Positions 41,597-53,481 of a stretch of DNA of 64,000 nt are shown in pieces. Location of the stretch: assembly GCA_963717465.1 (NCBI GenBank), contig OY970340.1, positions 1,632,001 through 1,696,000 of the forward strand. The letters are read 5' to 3'. A model generated the notes under the pieces. It was not told the origin of the DNA, made no database searches, and saw only the letters and a program-made list of their open reading frames with translations. The position numbers and the translations under genes are program-made. Origin of the DNA: Candidatus Bathyarchaeota archaeon. GTDB taxonomy: Archaea; Thermoproteota; Bathyarchaeia; Bathyarchaeales; Bathycorpusculaceae. Position 1 is the stretch's first letter; every line of letters begins with the position of its first letter.

Positions 41597-42825
41597 TACT
41601 TGTCCTCCAGCAGTCCGGAAACTAGGACGGCTGAACCGACGGCGCCTATGAACGGAGAATGTTCTGGAACTATTACATCCATGTAGAGTGTGTCTTCCAT
41701 GGCTTTTACTAATCCCTTAACTAAAGATGTTCCTCCGACCTCAATTATTGGCGGTCGAAGGTCGATTTCTTGTAGTTGCTGCTCGAAAACTTGTTCTGCT
41801 ACGCTGTGGCACGCTGCAGCTGCGACGTCTGCTGGTGATGTTCCCGCTGCTAACGCGGTGCTTAAGTCCTGCATTCCGAAGACTATGCAGTATGCATTCA
41901 TCATTACTTTGTCATAATGCCCTTTTAGAGCCAATTCACCTAGCTCGACAACGTCCATTCCTAATCTTTTCGCGGTTACTTCAAGAAATTTCCCTGAGGC
42001 GCCTGCGCAAATACCTCCCACTGTGAAGCTGTCAGGTATGCCGTCATGCAGAGTTACTGCTTTGTTATCCATTCCTCCAATATCTAGTACTGTTGCGTCG
42101 CCTTTTTGCCTGTTCGCTAAAAATACTGCTCCTTTTGAATTTACTGTTATTTCGTCTTGGATTAGTTTTGCTTTGAAACGTTCTCCGACCAGGAATCTTC
42201 CATAGCCAGTTGTGCCAATAGCTTGAATGTCCTTTGCTTGAACTTTGGCTTGTTCTAACGCGGTTTCAAACGCTTTTTGGGCTGTTTCAACAATGTCAAC
42301 TGTAGGTATCCACGCTTCGCCGATAATTTGGTTATCTTTCATAATTGCGACTTTTGTTGTGGTAGAACCTGAGTCTATCCCTGCGGTAAGTCCTTCTTGC
42401 TTGGTTCTAGCCAATAACGCTTTTTTAGCGATGATATTTACTAGTGCTTCCATTCTTAAACGAAAATTGCCTGCTTTTGTTCTCTCAGTAAACGAGTAGG
42501 AAACAATTGGAATGTTTGCTTCAAGTTGAAGGTACCTTCTTATTGCGCTTCGCACAATTGCTCCTTCAGCACATCTGAAACAGGTTGCAATTAAAGCGCC
42601 ATCGACGTTGGATTTTCCTTCAGCGATTGATTTGGCTCTTGCCATCATAACTTTTAAGCCATTACTTGCAACCTTCAATCCGAACTCTTGGGAAACCTTG
42701 TTAATGTCTTCAGTAGCAACTTCAGGTATAACGATAGTTGCTCCAACATCTTTTGCAGTAGTTTCAATTTCTTTTTGAATTCCACTGTATTCTGTTCCGC
42801 AGGATATTTGTGCAATTTTTATCAA
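41596..42825 (-). CDS. mmp15: methanogenesis marker protein 15 (ASKHA ATPase)
   Basis: [44 protein letters not shown]. Confidence 0.93.
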   Translation of the reverse strand: MIKIAQISCGTEYSGIQKEIETTAKDVGATIVIPEVATEDINKVSQEFGLKVASNGLKVMMARAKSIAEGKSNVDGALIATCFRCAEGAIVRSAIRRYLQLEANIPIVSYSFTERTKAGNFRLRMEALVNIIAKKALLARTKQEGLTAGIDSGSTTTKVAIMKDNQIIGEAWIPTVDIVETAQKAFETALEQAKVQAKDIQAIGTTGYGRFLVGERFKAKLIQDEITVNSKGAVFLANRQKGDATVLDIGGMDNKAVTLHDGIPDSFTVGGICAGASGKFLEVTAKRLGMDVVELGELALKGHYDKVMMNAYCIVFGMQDLSTALAAGTSPADVAAAACHSVAEQVFEQQLQEIDLRPPIIEVGGTSLVKGLVKAMEDTLYMDVIVPEHSPFIGAVGSAVLVSGLLEDK

Positions 42826-43283
42826 TTTTTCGTCTCCTCTAATGATTTGAGAAAGTCTATTATTTTGCTAACCATCTGTTTTGCTTCTTTCTTGTTTTTC
42901 GGATAATTGACAACGATGTGCGGAATTTTATGCTGCTTGATAAGATACACTAAGAACTCATTTGACCTGGCGCAACCACAACACCCAAACCCGAAATCAG
43001 CGTCGTCAATTATAATTGCTGCGTCAGCTTTCTCTACGAGCGGTCCCCACATTGATAGACGGCCCCTGACTCCTGAGGGCACCTCGACAGCCGCGTACTT
43101 CAAGCCTTTTCTTGGTTCTTCAGCTGTTATGTTCATGGGCGGAGAATCTATTTCTGGATTCTTTACGATTTTTCCAATTTCGCTCATCATTGTTAAAGGT
43201 ACATGACCGCTCCTCTCAACTATATCAGCCAGAACAAGACTGTTTACTGGAGAAATTAGAACATTTTTAGCCAGATTTATCAC
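42822..43283 (-). CDS. mmp5: methanogenesis marker protein 5
   Basis: [45 protein letters not shown]. Confidence 0.93.
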   Translation of the reverse strand: MINLAKNVLISPVNSLVLADIVERSGHVPLTMMSEIGKIVKNPEIDSPPMNITAEEPRKGLKYAAVEVPSGVRGRLSMWGPLVEKADAAIIIDDADFGFGCCGCARSNEFLVYLIKQHKIPHIVVNYPKNKKEAKQMVSKIIDFLKSLEETKN

Positions 43284-43746
43284 GCTTCTGCTTATTCTTA
43301 TTTGAATTTAAAATATCAATCGCAATTTCTTTAATTTCATCAGCTTCCACTTTTCTCTCTTCTCTTTTTTTAGCTACACGCTTGCCTCTATCAATATCTT
43401 CTAAGGCTTCACTGATGAATGGTAGAACATCAAATTCCATTTCAAGCTGATGATAGCCTGGTTTAGGGCCTCCTCCTCTATCAGCTCTACAAATTCTGCG
43501 ATCACCAATCGGGAAACCTCTCTCTTTCATAAAAACATCGTAAGTAAATGACTTTCTCAATTCTTGAACAGCTTTATTCACATGCTCTGCTTCTCCCTCA
43601 ATAAGAAGGCCGTAGCATGTTTCCTTAACCTTGATTGGCAGTCCTAACGAGTAAACCTTCACCGCGAGTTCAGAAGGCGTACGATTTGATTTTGGTGAAA
43701 GCACAACCATTCTCGTCTTAACTTCACTCATGAGACTACTCCTCAA
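43267..43746 (-). CDS. mmp6: methanogenesis marker protein 6
   Basis: KETCYG, KERGFPIGD.RICRA.RGGG..PGYHQLE.E. Confidence 0.92.
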   Translation of the reverse strand: MRSSLMSEVKTRMVVLSPKSNRTPSELAVKVYSLGLPIKVKETCYGLLIEGEAEHVNKAVQELRKSFTYDVFMKERGFPIGDRRICRADRGGGPKPGYHQLEMEFDVLPFISEALEDIDRGKRVAKKREERKVEADEIKEIAIDILNSNKNKQKRDKSG

Positions 43747-45277
43747 TTAAGTAAATTTTTTCGTCTTCCTTAACTTTCTTCAAGAAATCCATACCTTCAG
43801 TAATTTGCCCAATAATGTTCGTGGAATCTAAATTCTCTCCTGTAGGCCCGTACTTCTCGCTGTCAGATAGTCTTATGCCTATTAGACCTGCATGCTTAGT
43901 TGACATGTTAGTTACACCCAACGTTTTTGATTTTACAAGGTTTTTAGGAATATTTTCTGGAATCAACGGCTCTAAAGGCGCTGCCTCGGCTTTAAAAATA
44001 ATAAGATCCTTTGTTTTGAAATGAACCTTAAGTAGTCCAATGGGCTTATCTAAAAGTTGCGCTGCTGATCTGAAAAATTGGCAGGTCTTTGGCGCTTTTT
44101 GATCCAGTAATTTGATTTTAACAATTTTTTCTTTTGATAATCCGTATGTTTTTATCGAACCTTCCTTAATCGCTTCAAAAGTTTTCTTCGGGCTTTGAGC
44201 TATTATTATTGCGTCATCATTCTTCAGGCCATTGCGCAATTGTTTAATGCCAACAGTGGAAAGTAAACCCGAAGCATCTGATTGTGAGCGACCAAGAACC
44301 ATTATTCTGGAAGGCTTAGTGATGACTGCTATTTTGTCGCCTTTTTTTGCAGAATCCAACAACTCGAGTCCTGTATAAACACTTCCAAAAACGCTGTGAG
44401 AACTGTTCGGCATCTCTTCGCTCCTGTAGATATAGATATCTCCTGTGCCAGAGCCAGTGTTTCTCACAGTTACTGAGCCCTTATTTCTGTTCTTTAGATT
44501 CTCTTTTGCTATTGCTAATCCACTTAAGCCCTTAAACTTCACATAAGAAGTTGAAGTATCGTTAACTTCTGCTACTTTGCTTTCAAGAACGCTTAATGCA
44601 TATTCGGAACACGAGGAAGCGGTTTCGTTTAGGTTTATGCCGATGAAAGTGAATATTTCAAGGTTATCATGCAATTCGTCAGTCATTCTTGCAAGTTGAG
44701 CGTTGCTTGCCACCAAGCTTCTGTCAATAACTGGCTCAATACTTTGGATTGCGTCTGCTTGTTGCAAGTTTTCAGCGGTGAACCTTCCGCTCACGACTTT
44801 TGCGAAAACTCCACGATTGCCCTCTGGAACACAGTATTCTGCTTCATGTCGCCTTTTGGAAATGATAATATGCGAGTTTTCTGGGTCAAATCCGGTTAAG
44901 CTTAGAATAGCTTCCCAACGGTCGTATTCATGTGAGCCTTTTGTTGGTTGTAAAGATGTTGAAAATGGCCCTATTGCTACACAATTTTTTGTTGTGAAAG
45001 TGACCTTTAGCTCCTTTAGTGCTGGCGACTTCTTTCTCCATTCTTCAATAAGTGGGATAGCGGAACCGTCTTCGAGTTTAATGTTTATTGTTCCTTTATT
45101 GGTTTTAATCAAGTACAGGTCAGTTTGCCTTAGAAGTTCTTCCCTGCTGTGAATTAACGCTATGATTGTACCCTCAACATGTGGTTCCTGTGATGCTTTG
45201 ATAGCATCCTGAACATTGGAGCCTTCGGGCAGAGTGATTGTTTTTCCATTAATCTTAACTAACATAGCTCCAACCAA
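43736..45277 (-). CDS. mmp3: methanogenesis marker protein 3
   Basis: GSVTVRNTGSGTGDIYIY...SHSV.G, GVTNMS.KHAG.IGIRL....YGPTGE. Confidence 0.92.
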   Translation of the reverse strand: MVGAMLVKINGKTITLPEGSNVQDAIKASQEPHVEGTIIALIHSREELLRQTDLYLIKTNKGTINIKLEDGSAIPLIEEWRKKSPALKELKVTFTTKNCVAIGPFSTSLQPTKGSHEYDRWEAILSLTGFDPENSHIIISKRRHEAEYCVPEGNRGVFAKVVSGRFTAENLQQADAIQSIEPVIDRSLVASNAQLARMTDELHDNLEIFTFIGINLNETASSCSEYALSVLESKVAEVNDTSTSYVKFKGLSGLAIAKENLKNRNKGSVTVRNTGSGTGDIYIYRSEEMPNSSHSVFGSVYTGLELLDSAKKGDKIAVITKPSRIMVLGRSQSDASGLLSTVGIKQLRNGLKNDDAIIIAQSPKKTFEAIKEGSIKTYGLSKEKIVKIKLLDQKAPKTCQFFRSAAQLLDKPIGLLKVHFKTKDLIIFKAEAAPLEPLIPENIPKNLVKSKTLGVTNMSTKHAGLIGIRLSDSEKYGPTGENLDSTNIIGQITEGMDFLKKVKEDEKIYLIEE

Positions 45278-45448
45278 TTCTTAACTTGCTTACTGCTTGT
45301 TAACTAATCTAAATAAATCCCTTTACCTTAGGATTAGTATGCATATCTTATCGCATATATTTAGTTTTTTTATGAAAAGTGAGCAGATAACATTAAATGT
45401 TAGGAAGATTTAGCACATAAACAACTTTGGGCAATTTCATGGATTCAG

Positions 45449-47044
45449 GTGAATTCTTTGAAAGAGGATTTTCTGAAAATCGAAGGCGTAAGTAAAGAAT
45501 TCGATGAAACCAGCGTCTTGGAAAACGTTAATGTAACCATAAAAGAAGGCGAAGCATTAGGCATTATCGGTAGAAGCGGAGCAGGCAAATCAGTTCTTAT
45601 TCACATGTTAAGAGGCATGAAAGGTTATGAACCAACTAAAGGCAAAATAACCTATATAGTATCCGTATGCCCTCATTGCCTTTGGGTTGATCTTCCAAGC
45701 AAAAAAAATCAACCATGCCCAATGTGCAAATCCACGCTTGAATTGAAAGAAATCGATTTTTGGAATTCAAAGAATTCAGCTTATTTTGAGCCGATTAGAC
45801 GAAGAATTGCAATAATGTTTCAAAGAACCTTTTCTCTTTTCGGCGACTTTTCATCGCTTCAAAACGTTATGGAGTCCTTGCGGTGGGCAGGTTGCAAAGA
45901 TGAAAATGCAATTGTTAACAAATCCTTAGAGCTATTAAAAATGGTGAACTTAACCCATCGATTAACTCATCCAACAAGGGACTTGAGTGGTGGCGAGAAG
46001 CAAAGGGTTGTACTTGCCCGCCAGTTAGCTATTGACCCATTAATGTTGCTGGCTGATGAACCAACTGGCACTCTTGACCCTCAAAATGCAAAGCTAATCT
46101 ACTCAGTTCTTGACCAGTATATTCGAAAAAGCGGAAAAACTATGCTGGTGACTTCTCATATTCCTGAGGCAATTGAAAAGTTAACGGATAGGGCTATTTG
46201 GCTTGATCAAGGCAAGACGGTTTTAGACGGCAATTCAAAAGAGGTTATTGAAAAGTTCCTGAAAAAGACTAAGCCTCTCCGTGAGATGGAAAAAGAAAAG
46301 ATTGGAGACGACATTATAAGACTCGTTGATGTTAAAAAGCACTTTTTATCCATCGAACGAGGCATCGTGAAAGCTGTTGACGGCGTAACGTTGAACATTA
46401 GGGAGAAAGAAATTTTTGGCCTTATAGGCTTAAGCGGAATGGGCAAAACAACGATTGCGCGAATTATGGCGGGCATAACTACTCCAACAAGTGGAGAGGT
46501 TTATGTTAAGGTTGGTGATGAATGGATTGATCTTCGCAATCCAGGTCCCTTTGGCAAGGGGAGAGCTACTCAGTACATCAGGATTTTGCACCAAGAGTAT
46601 GCCTTGTATAGTTACAGAACCGTTCTAGAAAACCTGACCGAGTCAATCGGCGTTGAACTTCCAAGTGAATTTGCAGAAGTCAAAGTCTACGATGTCTTAA
46701 AGAGTGTTAGTTTCAATGAATCAGCCATAAAGAAAATACTCAACAAGTACCCCGAAGAAATGAGCGAAGGCGAAAGACACAGAGTTGCCTTGGCTCAAGT
46801 GATGGCAAAGGAACCCCGAGTCGTGATTTTGGACGAACCCTCTGGAACAATGGATCCACTGACAAAAATTGAAGTGGCCAAAGCTATTAGACAATCCAGA
46901 TCAGAACTTGAAACAACAATAATCATAGTATCCCATGACATGGACTTCGTTTGTTCAACCTGCGATCGAGCAGCCTTGGTACGAGATGGAAAAATCGCAA
47001 CAATGGGCACGCCAACTGAAATCGTAAAGCAAATAACAGCTTAA
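45449..47044 (+). CDS. atwA: MCR system component A2 (double ABC ATPase)
   Basis: GRSGAGKS...HMLRG, CPHC/CPMC Zn insert, IAIMFQRTF, second ABC domain with GRATQYI..LHQEY. Confidence 0.95.
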   Translation: MNSLKEDFLKIEGVSKEFDETSVLENVNVTIKEGEALGIIGRSGAGKSVLIHMLRGMKGYEPTKGKITYIVSVCPHCLWVDLPSKKNQPCPMCKSTLELKEIDFWNSKNSAYFEPIRRRIAIMFQRTFSLFGDFSSLQNVMESLRWAGCKDENAIVNKSLELLKMVNLTHRLTHPTRDLSGGEKQRVVLARQLAIDPLMLLADEPTGTLDPQNAKLIYSVLDQYIRKSGKTMLVTSHIPEAIEKLTDRAIWLDQGKTVLDGNSKEVIEKFLKKTKPLREMEKEKIGDDIIRLVDVKKHFLSIERGIVKAVDGVTLNIREKEIFGLIGLSGMGKTTIARIMAGITTPTSGEVYVKVGDEWIDLRNPGPFGKGRATQYIRILHQEYALYSYRTVLENLTESIGVELPSEFAEVKVYDVLKSVSFNESAIKKILNKYPEEMSEGERHRVALAQVMAKEPRVVILDEPSGTMDPLTKIEVAKAIRQSRSELETTIIIVSHDMDFVCSTCDRAALVRDGKIATMGTPTEIVKQITA

Positions 47045-47142
47045 GCTGGTTGTAGCCAACAAGTTTAAAACATCGTTAAAATCTTTCCTTTCTTTGGGAA
47101 CAAAATAGCCTTAAATATTTTGTTTCATATGAACAGTCGAGT

Positions 47143-48540
47143 ATGTTCCAGTTAGTTTATGATATTGAGCTTAAGAATGATCCGCATGGTGCAAGGGTTA
47201 GACTGGTTCGTTTGCTTCGGAAAAATGATGCTGTTCAGCTTCAACGGTCTGTTTGGCTAATATCTGACATACCGCCTAATCTTTTCAAAATGTTGAATGA
47301 AATACGACAATTGAACGGAGCGGTTCTAATTTCCGAGTGGAAACCCAAGAATCTAAACGATTTCAGAAATTCACAATTCGATAAGCTTGAGGAAGGAAGC
47401 ATTGTTGGCGTTATTGTCCATGGTCCCGAAGTCATTGACAGCGGCTGGGCTCAAAAATTTATAAGAATTTTTGAAGATTTCGGCGTGAAAGTAATAGCTA
47501 AGCTTGGAGGGACCATGGGTAGGACCGCTATTATAGACGCTGGGCTTGAGGACAAAGTTGATGCTATGGAAAGTCTTCAGCCAAGCCATATCTTGGATGA
47601 TTTTGTACGGCAAGGCGTTGACGCTATATTTCTTTTAAATCATGGAAAAACGGTTGAAAGTGGCGTTTCACTTGGCATGGGTATCTTGGAAAGATCTCGA
47701 TTAATTAGGGAAGTTGAACTGCCCTTCTTTCAAATTGAAAGACCTGGAGAATCTGACGGGTTAGTTTTGCCTTGGGTAAAGGGCGAGGCTTTGGCAAAAT
47801 GGGTGGGAAGTAACCTTAACCTGGAAGTAATTAAGCCGCCCCCTATTGCTAAGACAATCGAATCCAAGCATGATACTATCTATAGGTCGGTTGGAGGAGT
47901 GCTGCCTGGAGAGAAAATCCTCGTTAACGGCGTGGTAATTGGAGTAAGCTCTTCCTCAAACGTAGTCGTAGCGGCTCGAAAAGGGCAAATAATCGATTTG
48001 AATGGTGGACAATTGAACAAGTATGGCGTAAGAAAGCTACGCAAAGTCGACTTAGCTAATGCCTCTATAAAATCAGCTGAAGTACTTCGCAGAAGCGAAC
48101 CTTTGAAAAAGGCGCAGATTAAAAGAGGTTACATAACAAAAAGAATCGCGCTATTAGAAAAAGCTGAAGATACTATTGATCTTGCTAAGACTGCTGACGC
48201 TATCGTTTCTGTTGGCGACGATACCACGGCGATTGCTGCTGAAATCTTGTCAAGGTTCAATATTCCCATGATTGGTGTCATCGATGGTGATGCTGACGGG
48301 CTAATTCGGCAAATAAGCAAAAAGGCTTCGATCGAGGAATATCAAATGATAGCGCCTCCAAAATCTGTCATCATAAAGCTCGAAGCAGGAGCCGATGACA
48401 ACGCAAGAGGATTGATTCGACGCATAATTTTCAATAATACCAAAATAATTGAGTTGAAAGAAACAGAAAATATAGACAATGTAAAAGATAAGATAATTCG
48501 ATTACTCGGAGATTATGTCGTAAAGATATCCAGTGTCTAA
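47143..48540 (+). CDS. DUF2117-family protein with an N-terminal Cas2/PaaX-like domain
   Basis: GVIVHGPEVIDSG, LGGTMGRTAIIDA, LLNHGK, VGDDTT, GVIDGDAD; N-terminus LVYDI...LQRSVW. Confidence 0.8.
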   Translation: MFQLVYDIELKNDPHGARVRLVRLLRKNDAVQLQRSVWLISDIPPNLFKMLNEIRQLNGAVLISEWKPKNLNDFRNSQFDKLEEGSIVGVIVHGPEVIDSGWAQKFIRIFEDFGVKVIAKLGGTMGRTAIIDAGLEDKVDAMESLQPSHILDDFVRQGVDAIFLLNHGKTVESGVSLGMGILERSRLIREVELPFFQIERPGESDGLVLPWVKGEALAKWVGSNLNLEVIKPPPIAKTIESKHDTIYRSVGGVLPGEKILVNGVVIGVSSSSNVVVAARKGQIIDLNGGQLNKYGVRKLRKVDLANASIKSAEVLRRSEPLKKAQIKRGYITKRIALLEKAEDTIDLAKTADAIVSVGDDTTAIAAEILSRFNIPMIGVIDGDADGLIRQISKKASIEEYQMIAPPKSVIIKLEAGADDNARGLIRRIIFNNTKIIELKETENIDNVKDKIIRLLGDYVVKISSV

Positions 48541-48625
48541 AATCCCAAAATGTTCATTTTTTCAGAAATAAAAAGAAAATAATTCTTATTGTTCAAGCTA
48601 GCTTTAATAGAAAACTATGAAGACT

Positions 48626-49624
48626 TTATTCTTCTTTTTCGAGTTTTGCTGTTTTTGCTTTTGTGTTCTTCTTTTTTAATCCGAAGATTGATTCTTTTTC
48701 AAGATTAAAAAGGGTTTCAACTTGTCCTTTGTAGGATATCTGAATAATCCTTTTCTTTAAAATTGATCCGACAACATTTGCGGTTAGACCATGCTTCCTA
48801 AGCAGCATAATGCATTCTTCGGGCTTGTCTGTAGTGAATACAAAACCAATTGATGGGTAAGTCACAAGCCATTCTTGCAATGAGATGTTTTCCGGTTTTG
48901 GTATGCTTTCAATGTTTATTTGGGCTCCAACGTGGCTTGATTCGCACAACATGGCGATAGTTCCGATAACACCTGGCCCGCTTACATCTTTACTTGTGTG
49001 CACAAGGTTTTTCTCTGCTAATTGCATTGGGGCTTCTAATCGCGTTAACACTTGTTTTCTAGTTTTAGACTGGACTGAGTCGAAGGTTTTGACCCAGCCT
49101 TTTGATCCAGGTTTTCCCTCTACATCTACTGCAATAATTATGCTGTCATTTAGTTTTGCAGTAGCACTTGATATAAAACTGTGTGAAACGCCTATGACTG
49201 CCGCGTCAACAGCATCGTAGGGCGTGTCTGGATGAGTATGCCCCTTTAGAAATTTTAATCCGTATTTGTCCAAGCCATATTTTATCCCTTTAACTATTTG
49301 CAATCTAAGGTTAGGGGAACTTGAAGATAAAACGTGGACATACCCAAGTGGCCGTGCTCCCTTGGCAACAATATCATTCACATTAACCACAACTGAGTAG
49401 AAGCCTGCAAGCCAAGGGTCATCTTTAACCAAGCTGTCTACGATACCGTCAGCTGAAACCACAATTTTTGTATCGCCTAAATTAAGAGAACCTGCATCAT
49501 CGTACACGTTTTCCCCCATGATTTCTAATAGATCACCCAGGGCAGATTTGCGTGTTAGCCCCTTAAACTGCTTCAATGCGCTCGATAACTCTGAAACGGA
49601 CGGTTGAGTTTGGTCTAGCCCCAA
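48626..49624 (-). CDS. mmp2: methanogenesis marker protein 2 (AIR-synthase-like)
   Basis: GLTRK, DDAG, ADGI...DPWLAGF.SVVVNVNDI, GHTHPD, KDVS.PG..GT.AML.E.S. Confidence 0.85.
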   Translation of the reverse strand: MGLDQTQPSVSELSSALKQFKGLTRKSALGDLLEIMGENVYDDAGSLNLGDTKIVVSADGIVDSLVKDDPWLAGFYSVVVNVNDIVAKGARPLGYVHVLSSSSPNLRLQIVKGIKYGLDKYGLKFLKGHTHPDTPYDAVDAAVIGVSHSFISSATAKLNDSIIIAVDVEGKPGSKGWVKTFDSVQSKTRKQVLTRLEAPMQLAEKNLVHTSKDVSGPGVIGTIAMLCESSHVGAQINIESIPKPENISLQEWLVTYPSIGFVFTTDKPEECIMLLRKHGLTANVVGSILKKRIIQISYKGQVETLFNLEKESIFGLKKKNTKAKTAKLEKEE

Positions 49625-49928
49625 CTTTAGATTGTCACCTAATAACCCGTTACTTTTTCAATCAACTTTAATATCTCTTTTGATAAGATTGCAGGGCTAA
49701 ACCTAACCTTGTCGAAAAAATGAAAAAATCACAGTTAGATTGCTTTTGCAATAGCTCTCGAGTGCGATTTTTCGCCAGCCATATTGATGCTTTTTTCAGC
49801 CCATTATTTTCCATTCAGTGATAAGTTGTGAACTGATCAAAGAAATCTATTTTCAAAAGCTTGACTTTGGGAATTAATCTTTATATTTCTAAACATTCGT
49901 TGGTAGGTGATTGGACAGGGGAAACTAA

Positions 49929-50702
49929 GTGCTAAATATTCAAAAGCTTATTGTTATTGGTGGCTGCGGGAAAAGCGGTGAAAAAGAGGCTGTTGAAAGA
50001 GTCGTTTTTTCCGGCGGAACGGTCGCAAGCATTGTTGGTCCCACTGGTAGCGGTAAAACGGCACTTATTAATGATATTGCGCTTTTTGCAAACCAAAATA
50101 CTCCTTCGAAAAGAAGAATTTTGATTAATGGTAAAGATCCGCTTGAAGACATGATGGAGAATCCCTCTCAAAACCCGATTGCATTAATCACTCAGCATAC
50201 GAATTTTCTTTCAGATTTGCCTGTTGGAAAGTTTCTGCAAACGCATGCTGCGATTCGTCACTGCGAAAAGGATATTACCGAAACCTTGAGTTTTGCGAAT
50301 CAGTTGACGGGTGAGCCGATTAACATTAATTCAAGCATGACTGAACTGTCAGGCGGTCAAACAAGGGCGCTTTTAATCGCTGATGCCGTGATTATTGGAA
50401 ATTCCCCAATTATTTTGCTTGATGAAATCGAGAATGCCGGGATTTACAGGGCTAAAGCGTTAGAGTTGCTTAAAGGCTACAAGAAACTGTTTATCTTTGT
50501 CACACATGACCCTTTCATCGCCTTGCTGTCTGACTTCAGAATTATCATGAAAAATGGGGCAATGCAAAAGCTCATTTTCACCAATGATGAAGAAAAAACT
50601 GTAGCAAAAGAAATAAAAAAGCTCGATGAACAGCTAACGCATTGCCGTGATAAACTACGCAACGGCGAAATCCTAAGCACTGCCGACTTGGAGCTGAATT
50701 AA
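49929..50702 (+). CDS. soluble ABC-type ATPase
   Basis: GPTGSGKT, LSGGQTRALLIAD, LLDEIENAG, VTHDP. Confidence 0.85.
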   Translation: MLNIQKLIVIGGCGKSGEKEAVERVVFSGGTVASIVGPTGSGKTALINDIALFANQNTPSKRRILINGKDPLEDMMENPSQNPIALITQHTNFLSDLPVGKFLQTHAAIRHCEKDITETLSFANQLTGEPININSSMTELSGGQTRALLIADAVIIGNSPIILLDEIENAGIYRAKALELLKGYKKLFIFVTHDPFIALLSDFRIIMKNGAMQKLIFTNDEEKTVAKEIKKLDEQLTHCRDKLRNGEILSTADLELN

Positions 50703-51399
50703 TTGAAGGCGATCATTTGCGCGGGTCCACCCGACAAGCGGGAAAACAATGGTGCTCAAGCAGGTTGTTCGCCGATTATTAGGCAAGTACAAGATTGCCT
50801 ACATTAAAATCGATGTTCAATTTGCAGATGAAGATGAAATATTCGCCAAGGAATTTGGCATTCCAACCAAAAAAGTTTATTCAGGAGACCTATGCCCAGA
50901 CCACTGCAATGTAGTGGTTTTAGGTGATGCAATAAACTGGGCTCAAGAAAAAGGTGCGGATATATTTCTAATCGAAACCGCAGGGCTTTGCCTTCGATGC
51001 TCACCTTACATCAATAACTCGCTTGGCGTCGTTATTTTGGAAGCTACAAGCGGCATGAATCTTCCCAGAAAAATCGGTCCAATGCTTTCACTCTCAGATG
51101 TAGCTGTCGTGACAAAGATTGATTTGGTTTCTCAGGCTGAAAAAGAAGTTTTCCGCGCAAACATTTTAGCAGCCTCAAACGTCAAAGTCATCGAGACTGA
51201 TGCCCTAAGAGGAATAAACATTGATTTTCTAACAAGACTCATCGAAAAGGCTCCAGAACTGCAAAAACCATTGTTCTTAAGAGGCAATCCACCTTTGGGA
51301 ACATGCACGATATGCGTTGGCAAAAAAGAAATCGGAAAAGAAGCACACTTTGGAACATTAAGGCCATTAAACAATGAAATATTCTTCAGAGGAGAATAA
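50703..51399 (+). CDS. HypB/CobW-like G3E GTPase (+1 frameshift near 50730)
   Basis: TTG 50703 KAIICAGPP/TSGKT, CPDH, ETAGLCLRCSP, TKID, CTICVG. Confidence 0.85.
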
Positions 51400-51400
51400 A

Positions 51401-52054
51401 TTGTCAAAAGAAGAAATACTGAAAACTTTGCCCAAGAAAAACTGCGGCTTATGCGGTTTCAAAACTTGCGACGAAATGGCTCAAGCAATGACATTAAAAC
51501 CTGAACTTATTGAGCACTGCACTGTTAGAGAAACTCGCGGTCCAAGCAGTAGCGAATCTGAAAATTTTGAGCCTTTAACTTTCAAGGATTTTCTTGGCAG
51601 AGAGTACGATTTTGTATTGGACAAGTTCCCAAAGGATCACGGTCCGAAAGAGACAATTTTTCCATTCAACCCAGCGATTGTTGAAAAGCTCAAGCTTAAG
51701 AAAGGCGACCTTATCTTTGGGCGTCCAAGCTGGATAAGCTGCGGTTGCCCAGTTACACATGTTGGTTTAATAGTTGAAGATCCAGACTACTTCAACGGGC
51801 TTATCGTGTGGAACATTATGGGTCCATTAGCTGGCCGCCAGAAAGGAGCAATCGAAATCGGACACTACAACGCCATTGCGTACGAAGGCATCGTAAAAGA
51901 TGTCAAACCAGGCATCGAACTGAAAATTGGCATGCGCTACTTCTTCCAGCCCAGGTACTGCATGATGCAATGGCGCCACAGCGGACTTATCAACTTCATG
52001 CAAAACACTCCCGACGGATTGCACGTAAGAATCGAAGGCATCTGGATAGCCTAA
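51401..52054 (+). CDS. Fe-S-binding protein
   Basis: LPKKNCGLCGFKTC...C, GCPVTH, CMMQWRHSG. Confidence 0.8.
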   Translation: MSKEEILKTLPKKNCGLCGFKTCDEMAQAMTLKPELIEHCTVRETRGPSSSESENFEPLTFKDFLGREYDFVLDKFPKDHGPKETIFPFNPAIVEKLKLKKGDLIFGRPSWISCGCPVTHVGLIVEDPDYFNGLIVWNIMGPLAGRQKGAIEIGHYNAIAYEGIVKDVKPGIELKIGMRYFFQPRYCMMQWRHSGLINFMQNTPDGLHVRIEGIWIA

Positions 52055-52220
52055 ACACGCAATTCACAAATCTCTAAACTTCGAAAATCTCATAATAGCT
52101 TAAATGCTCAAAGGTAATGCTTACTTTTTAAGTAAAAATCAAAACCCTGATTTCCATAAGATTTATGAATTCCAAAGAATCTGTTTCCCCTAAGCGTACA
52201 ATAACACGCTAACTGGAAAA

Positions 52221-53481
52221 GTGGGCTTTATGAAGTACAAAACAATCTGCGAATCATGTCACGAAACACTCAAACCCCAAGTCGGCTTAAGCTCCACCTG
52301 CCCAAACGAATGCAGCTCACTTGCAAAGAACATCTTTACAACAGAAAAAATAACGCTTCGAGATTTGCCTGGGGTTTGGCGGTATCTGGATTGGCTTCCA
52401 GTTAACAAACCGTCAAGTTATGACGGCAAGAGTGTCACTTACAAAAGCAAAAAATTATCTAAGGAGCTTGGACTAAAAAACCTCTATGTGACGTTTACTG
52501 GTTACTGGCCTGAAATTGGTGCCCGTGTGAAGACTTGCACTTTTAAGGAGCTTGAAACTGCCGTCGGAATTCAATATGCCAAGGAGCAGGGTGCGTCTCA
52601 CTTAATCATTGCCTCGGCTGGGAGTACAGCCAACGCTTATGCCTATCTTGGCTCAATTGAAAAAATTAGCGTAGTCTTGGTGGTGCCTTCAAAGGTTGAA
52701 GATTGCCTTTGCGCGCCATTGGTTGATGGGAAATTCGTGAAAACCATTGCTGTGAAAGGGGAATATTCCGATGCTATTGCAGTTGCTCAAAGATTGGCTG
52801 GTTTGCCTAGTTTTGCTTATGATGCTGGAGGCAAAAGCCCTGTGAGAAGAGATGGGGCTGGCACGGTTATGCTTGAAGCCGTTGAAAAAATGAAGATTAT
52901 CCCTAGCCATTATTTTCAAGCGGTATCCAGCGGGGCAGGAGCAATAGCTGCTTTCGATGCGGTAGAAAGGCTTGCCAGAGATGGCAGGTTCGGTGCGTCA
53001 AAATTTAAACTTCACCTTTCCCAAAACGACCCGTTTATACCTGTTGTGAAAGCTTGGAAAGCAAAAAGGTGCATGATTGAAAAAACAGATGCGGAACCTG
53101 CGAATCCATTAGACGTCATTTACGCTAAGGTTCTCTCAAACAAGCAACCCTTATACGGGGTAAAAGGAGGCATGTTCGACGCTCTGCAGGCAACTTCTGG
53201 AGAAACGTATTCAGTGACAAATAAGCAAGCTCAAGATGCTCAAAAAATGTTCAGTCAACTGGAGGGAATCGATATTCATCCTGCAGCAGGAGTAGCGTTG
53301 GCTTCGTTAATTGATTCTGTTAATCAGGGAAAAGTAGGTTCAGAAGAAAACATCATGCTAAACATCACTGGCGGCGGATTTGAGCGAGCTTGAAAAGGAA
53401 CTTGGCACTCAGAAAATACCGTTCACCGCAAAAGTTGATAAGGATGCGTCGCTTGAGAAATTGAGGGATATTCTGCTTTGA
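52221..53481 (+). CDS. cysteate synthase (threonine-synthase-like PLP enzyme; +1 frameshift near 53388)
   Basis: WRYLDWLP, GYWPE.GA...TCTFKELE, RRDG.GTV, YFQAV.SG.G, HLSQN.PF.P; directly upstream of comDE. Confidence 0.88.

Noticed and set aside
47143..47380. CRISPR-Cas system
   Set aside because: Only a Cas2-like domain; no repeat-spacer array or other cas genes seen
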